Program-made: the position numbers and the translations under genes
NCBI RefSeq assembly: GCF_000015225.1
Contig: NC_008698.1
Location: 1,140,001 to 1,172,000 of the forward strand
Length of the DNA: 32,000 bases
Source of the DNA: Thermofilum pendens Hrk 5
GTDB lineage: Archaea; Thermoproteota; Thermoprotei; Thermofilales; Thermofilaceae
Direction of reading: 5' to 3'
Notes under the pieces: model-generated
The model's input: the letters and a program-made list of their open reading frames with translations, nothing else
The model's database searches: none
What the model was told of the DNA's origin: nothing
Shown: positions 30,648-32,000 of the stretch, piece by piece
Numbering within the stretch: position 1 is the stretch's first letter
How the letters are laid out: every line of letters starts with the position of its first letter

Positions 30648-31332
30648 CCCCGGGCACCTCCTCTAGCCTCCTGACAACCGCGATTCTCAGCGACTCGTCT
30701 ACGAAGGCCTCGCCCCGCCCCCCGTCTACGAGCACGCCGGCAACCCCGGCCGCCAAGGCTCCCGCGAGGTCCTCCTGGGGGCTATCGCCCACGTGCACCA
30801 CCCCCTCCCGCGGGGCCCCCGTGAGCCTGAGGAGCTCCGCGAAGAAGCCTGGGTCAGGCTTGAGCCGCCCCACCTCGTCGGCGTAGACCTGGACCCTGAA
30901 GAACCTGGAGAAGCCGGCCCTGTCGAGGAGAACCCTGGTCACGTAGCCCGGCCAGTAGATAACGTTGCTCGCAACAGCCAGCGAGTAGCCCTCCTCGTGT
31001 AACCGCTCAACGGTCTCCAGGCTCCCGGGGATGAGGAGATCCGAGACGGAGACCCTGTTCGCAGCCCTAGCGAATGCCAGGAAGACGTCGCCCTTCGTCA
31101 ACCCGGCCCCGGAGGAGCCCAGCGCTACGGCGACAGAGCTTCCGATGACGTCGCCCGGGTCTATCGCTCCAAGCCTGCGAGCGCCCTTAACCTCCCTGTA
31201 GCCCTTCACAAGGAGATCGAGGGCCTCCCGAAAGCCGAGTATCCCGAGCTCCTCCATGGCCCGCGCCGCCGCCTCGTAGAACGGCTCTATCCTGAGCAAA
31301 GTCCCCCAAACGTCGAAAGAGACTAGGCGCAT
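30619..31332 (-). CDS. HAD-superfamily hydrolase (subfamily IA, haloacid-dehalogenase-like motif I)
   Basis: MRLVSFDVWGTLL (motif I with DxW rather than DxD), AVASNV (motif II), GRLKPDP (Lys), HVGDSPQEDLAGA (motif IV). ATG 31332 is preferred to GTG 31338. Its 3' end overlaps the nitrilase-family gene by 29 nt (convergent). Confidence 0.85.
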   Translation of the reverse strand: MRLVSFDVWGTLLRIEPFYEAAARAMEELGILGFREALDLLVKGYREVKGARRLGAIDPGDVIGSSVAVALGSSGAGLTKGDVFLAFARAANRVSVSDLLIPGSLETVERLHEEGYSLAVASNVIYWPGYVTRVLLDRAGFSRFFRVQVYADEVGRLKPDPGFFAELLRLTGAPREGVVHVGDSPQEDLAGALAAGVAGVLVDGGRGEAFVDESLRIAVVRRLEEVPGVIPRLLRVA

Positions 31333-31364
31333 CGCCACCCCTAACGACGAGAGTACTTAAGTCT

Positions 31365-31865
31365 TTAACGTCGCATACACCTGCAGGAGGCTACGAAGTA
31401 GTCTTTGGAGACCCTGAGGTCCATGCAGGAGAGGTGCTTCGCCGCGACCTTGGCGAAGAGCCCGGGAGGCCAGCCCTCCCCCGAGCCGGGTATCATCAAC
31501 CTGCTCGAAGGAGTAAGCCCCCCGATAACCAGGCGCCCCCCGGCCCCCAGAACCCTGCAGGCCTCCTTCAGGAAGCCCTCCAGCTCGTCCGCCCTCTCGA
31601 TGCACGCGAAGCACAGCAAGAGCCCCACGGACCCCTCCCTGAACGGCAGGCGCAATGCCTCCGCGTAGACGGCCGCGGCGCCCTCTGGGAGGCCGCGCGG
31701 CGACCCGGAGGGCTCGATTACCACGTAGGCGTCGAGGCCTTCCGGGAGGCTTTCCAACGGGAGGACGCGGTACGCGGGGGGCGCCGGAAGAACTAGGGCT
31801 ACGCGCGGCGTCGCGTCCCGGGCGGCTATCGAGGCGACGTCTGCGAGCACGTCTTTCAGTAGCAT
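31365..31865 (-). CDS. Class I methyltransferase-fold-like protein with a degenerate SAM-binding motif
   Basis: 166 aa. ALRLPFREGSVGLLLCFACIERADELEGFLKEACRVLGAGGRLVI matches the post-I to motif III region of Methyltransf_11-like proteins. The expected VLDxGxGxG position reads ALVLPAPPA. A TATA-like element (minus sense cgctttaaagcc) lies about 30 nt upstream. Confidence 0.55.
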   Translation of the reverse strand: MLLKDVLADVASIAARDATPRVALVLPAPPAYRVLPLESLPEGLDAYVVIEPSGSPRGLPEGAAAVYAEALRLPFREGSVGLLLCFACIERADELEGFLKEACRVLGAGGRLVIGGLTPSSRLMIPGSGEGWPPGLFAKVAAKHLSCMDLRVSKDYFVASCRCMRR

Positions 31866-31950
31866 CAGCGTCTCTCTCCGAGCGCCGCCCAGGCTTTAAA
31901 GCGTTTCGCATGAGAAGGCTTAAATGGGGCGCCGTCTTACAGTGGTTCTC

Positions 31951-32000
31951 ATGGGGTACCCGGAGGGGCTGCAGGTAGAGCCTACCAACGAGTGCAACCT
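31951..32000 (+). CDS. Probable radical SAM protein, first 16 codons only (runs off the right edge)
   Basis: ATG 31951 is preceded by TATA-like ggcttaaatgggg about 28 nt upstream. The translation MGYPEGLQVEPTNECN is the typical lead-in to a CxxxCxxC cluster (ExTNxCN); the first Cys codon is at 31993-31995. Too short to be sure. Confidence 0.4.
   Translation, partial: MGYPEGLQVEPTNECN

Noticed and set aside
31357-31978. 184-aa minus-strand ORF and the plus-strand ORFs 31434-31796 and 31655-31978
   Set aside because: These are Arg/Gly/Pro-rich alternative frames of the methyltransferase-fold gene region, with no independent start or promoter support.
1-32000. Scan for CRISPR arrays, rRNA, tRNA, IS elements, transposases or integrases, and long repeats
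   Set aside because: I recognised no regularly spaced direct repeats, no conserved rRNA or tRNA sequence blocks, no DDE or tyrosine-recombinase-like ORFs, and no repeats longer than the 15-bp tandem at 9895-9924. A by-eye scan cannot exclude short or degenerate elements.

Overview
Tightly packed, high-GC archaeal chromosomal window. Hand counts of ordinary 60-nt samples give about 57-65% GC. Archaeal hallmarks include sn-glycerol-1-phosphate dehydrogenase, form III RuBisCO, a class-III-signal-peptide pilin-like protein, and A/T-rich TATA-like boxes 22-33 nt upstream of many starts, suggesting leaderless or short-leader mRNAs. GTG starts and 4-8 nt GTGA-type gene overlaps are frequent. Protein composition and gene content suggest a hyperthermophilic crenarchaeote of Desulfurococcales/Pyrodictiaceae type; that is inference, not proof. 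I support about 35 protein genes. They include sufCBD, a CUT2-type sugar ABC transporter, an HtpX-like M48 protease, DUF72, an ABC-2 exporter, an M1 aminopeptidase with HEAT-like repeats, rbcL (form III), a B12-domain radical SAM enzyme, a flavin reductase-like protein, egsA, a nitrilase-superfamily hydrolase and a HAD hydrolase. I found no rRNA, tRNA, CRISPR array or recognisable IS/transposase. The most interesting locus is a translationally coupled minus-strand operon at 10163-12524. It encodes a small CxxC protein, a His-on corrinoid protein and a full-length homologue of methanogen monomethylamine methyltransferase MtmB, in which the pyrrolysine position is an ordinary Leu codon; no MT2, RamA or pyl genes are nearby. 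Secondary candidates are: a 95-aa protein coupled by a GTGA overlap to a B12-domain radical SAM enzyme, about 0.9 kb from egsA; a membrane-associated protein combining an exact RanBP2-type zinc-finger pattern with a C-terminal wHTH, just upstream of the ABC-2 exporter; and a patchy low-GC orphan 458-aa gene flanked by A/T-rich spacers sharing a 9-nt direct repeat. All homology statements rest on my reading of the translations and remembered family motifs. No searches were run.
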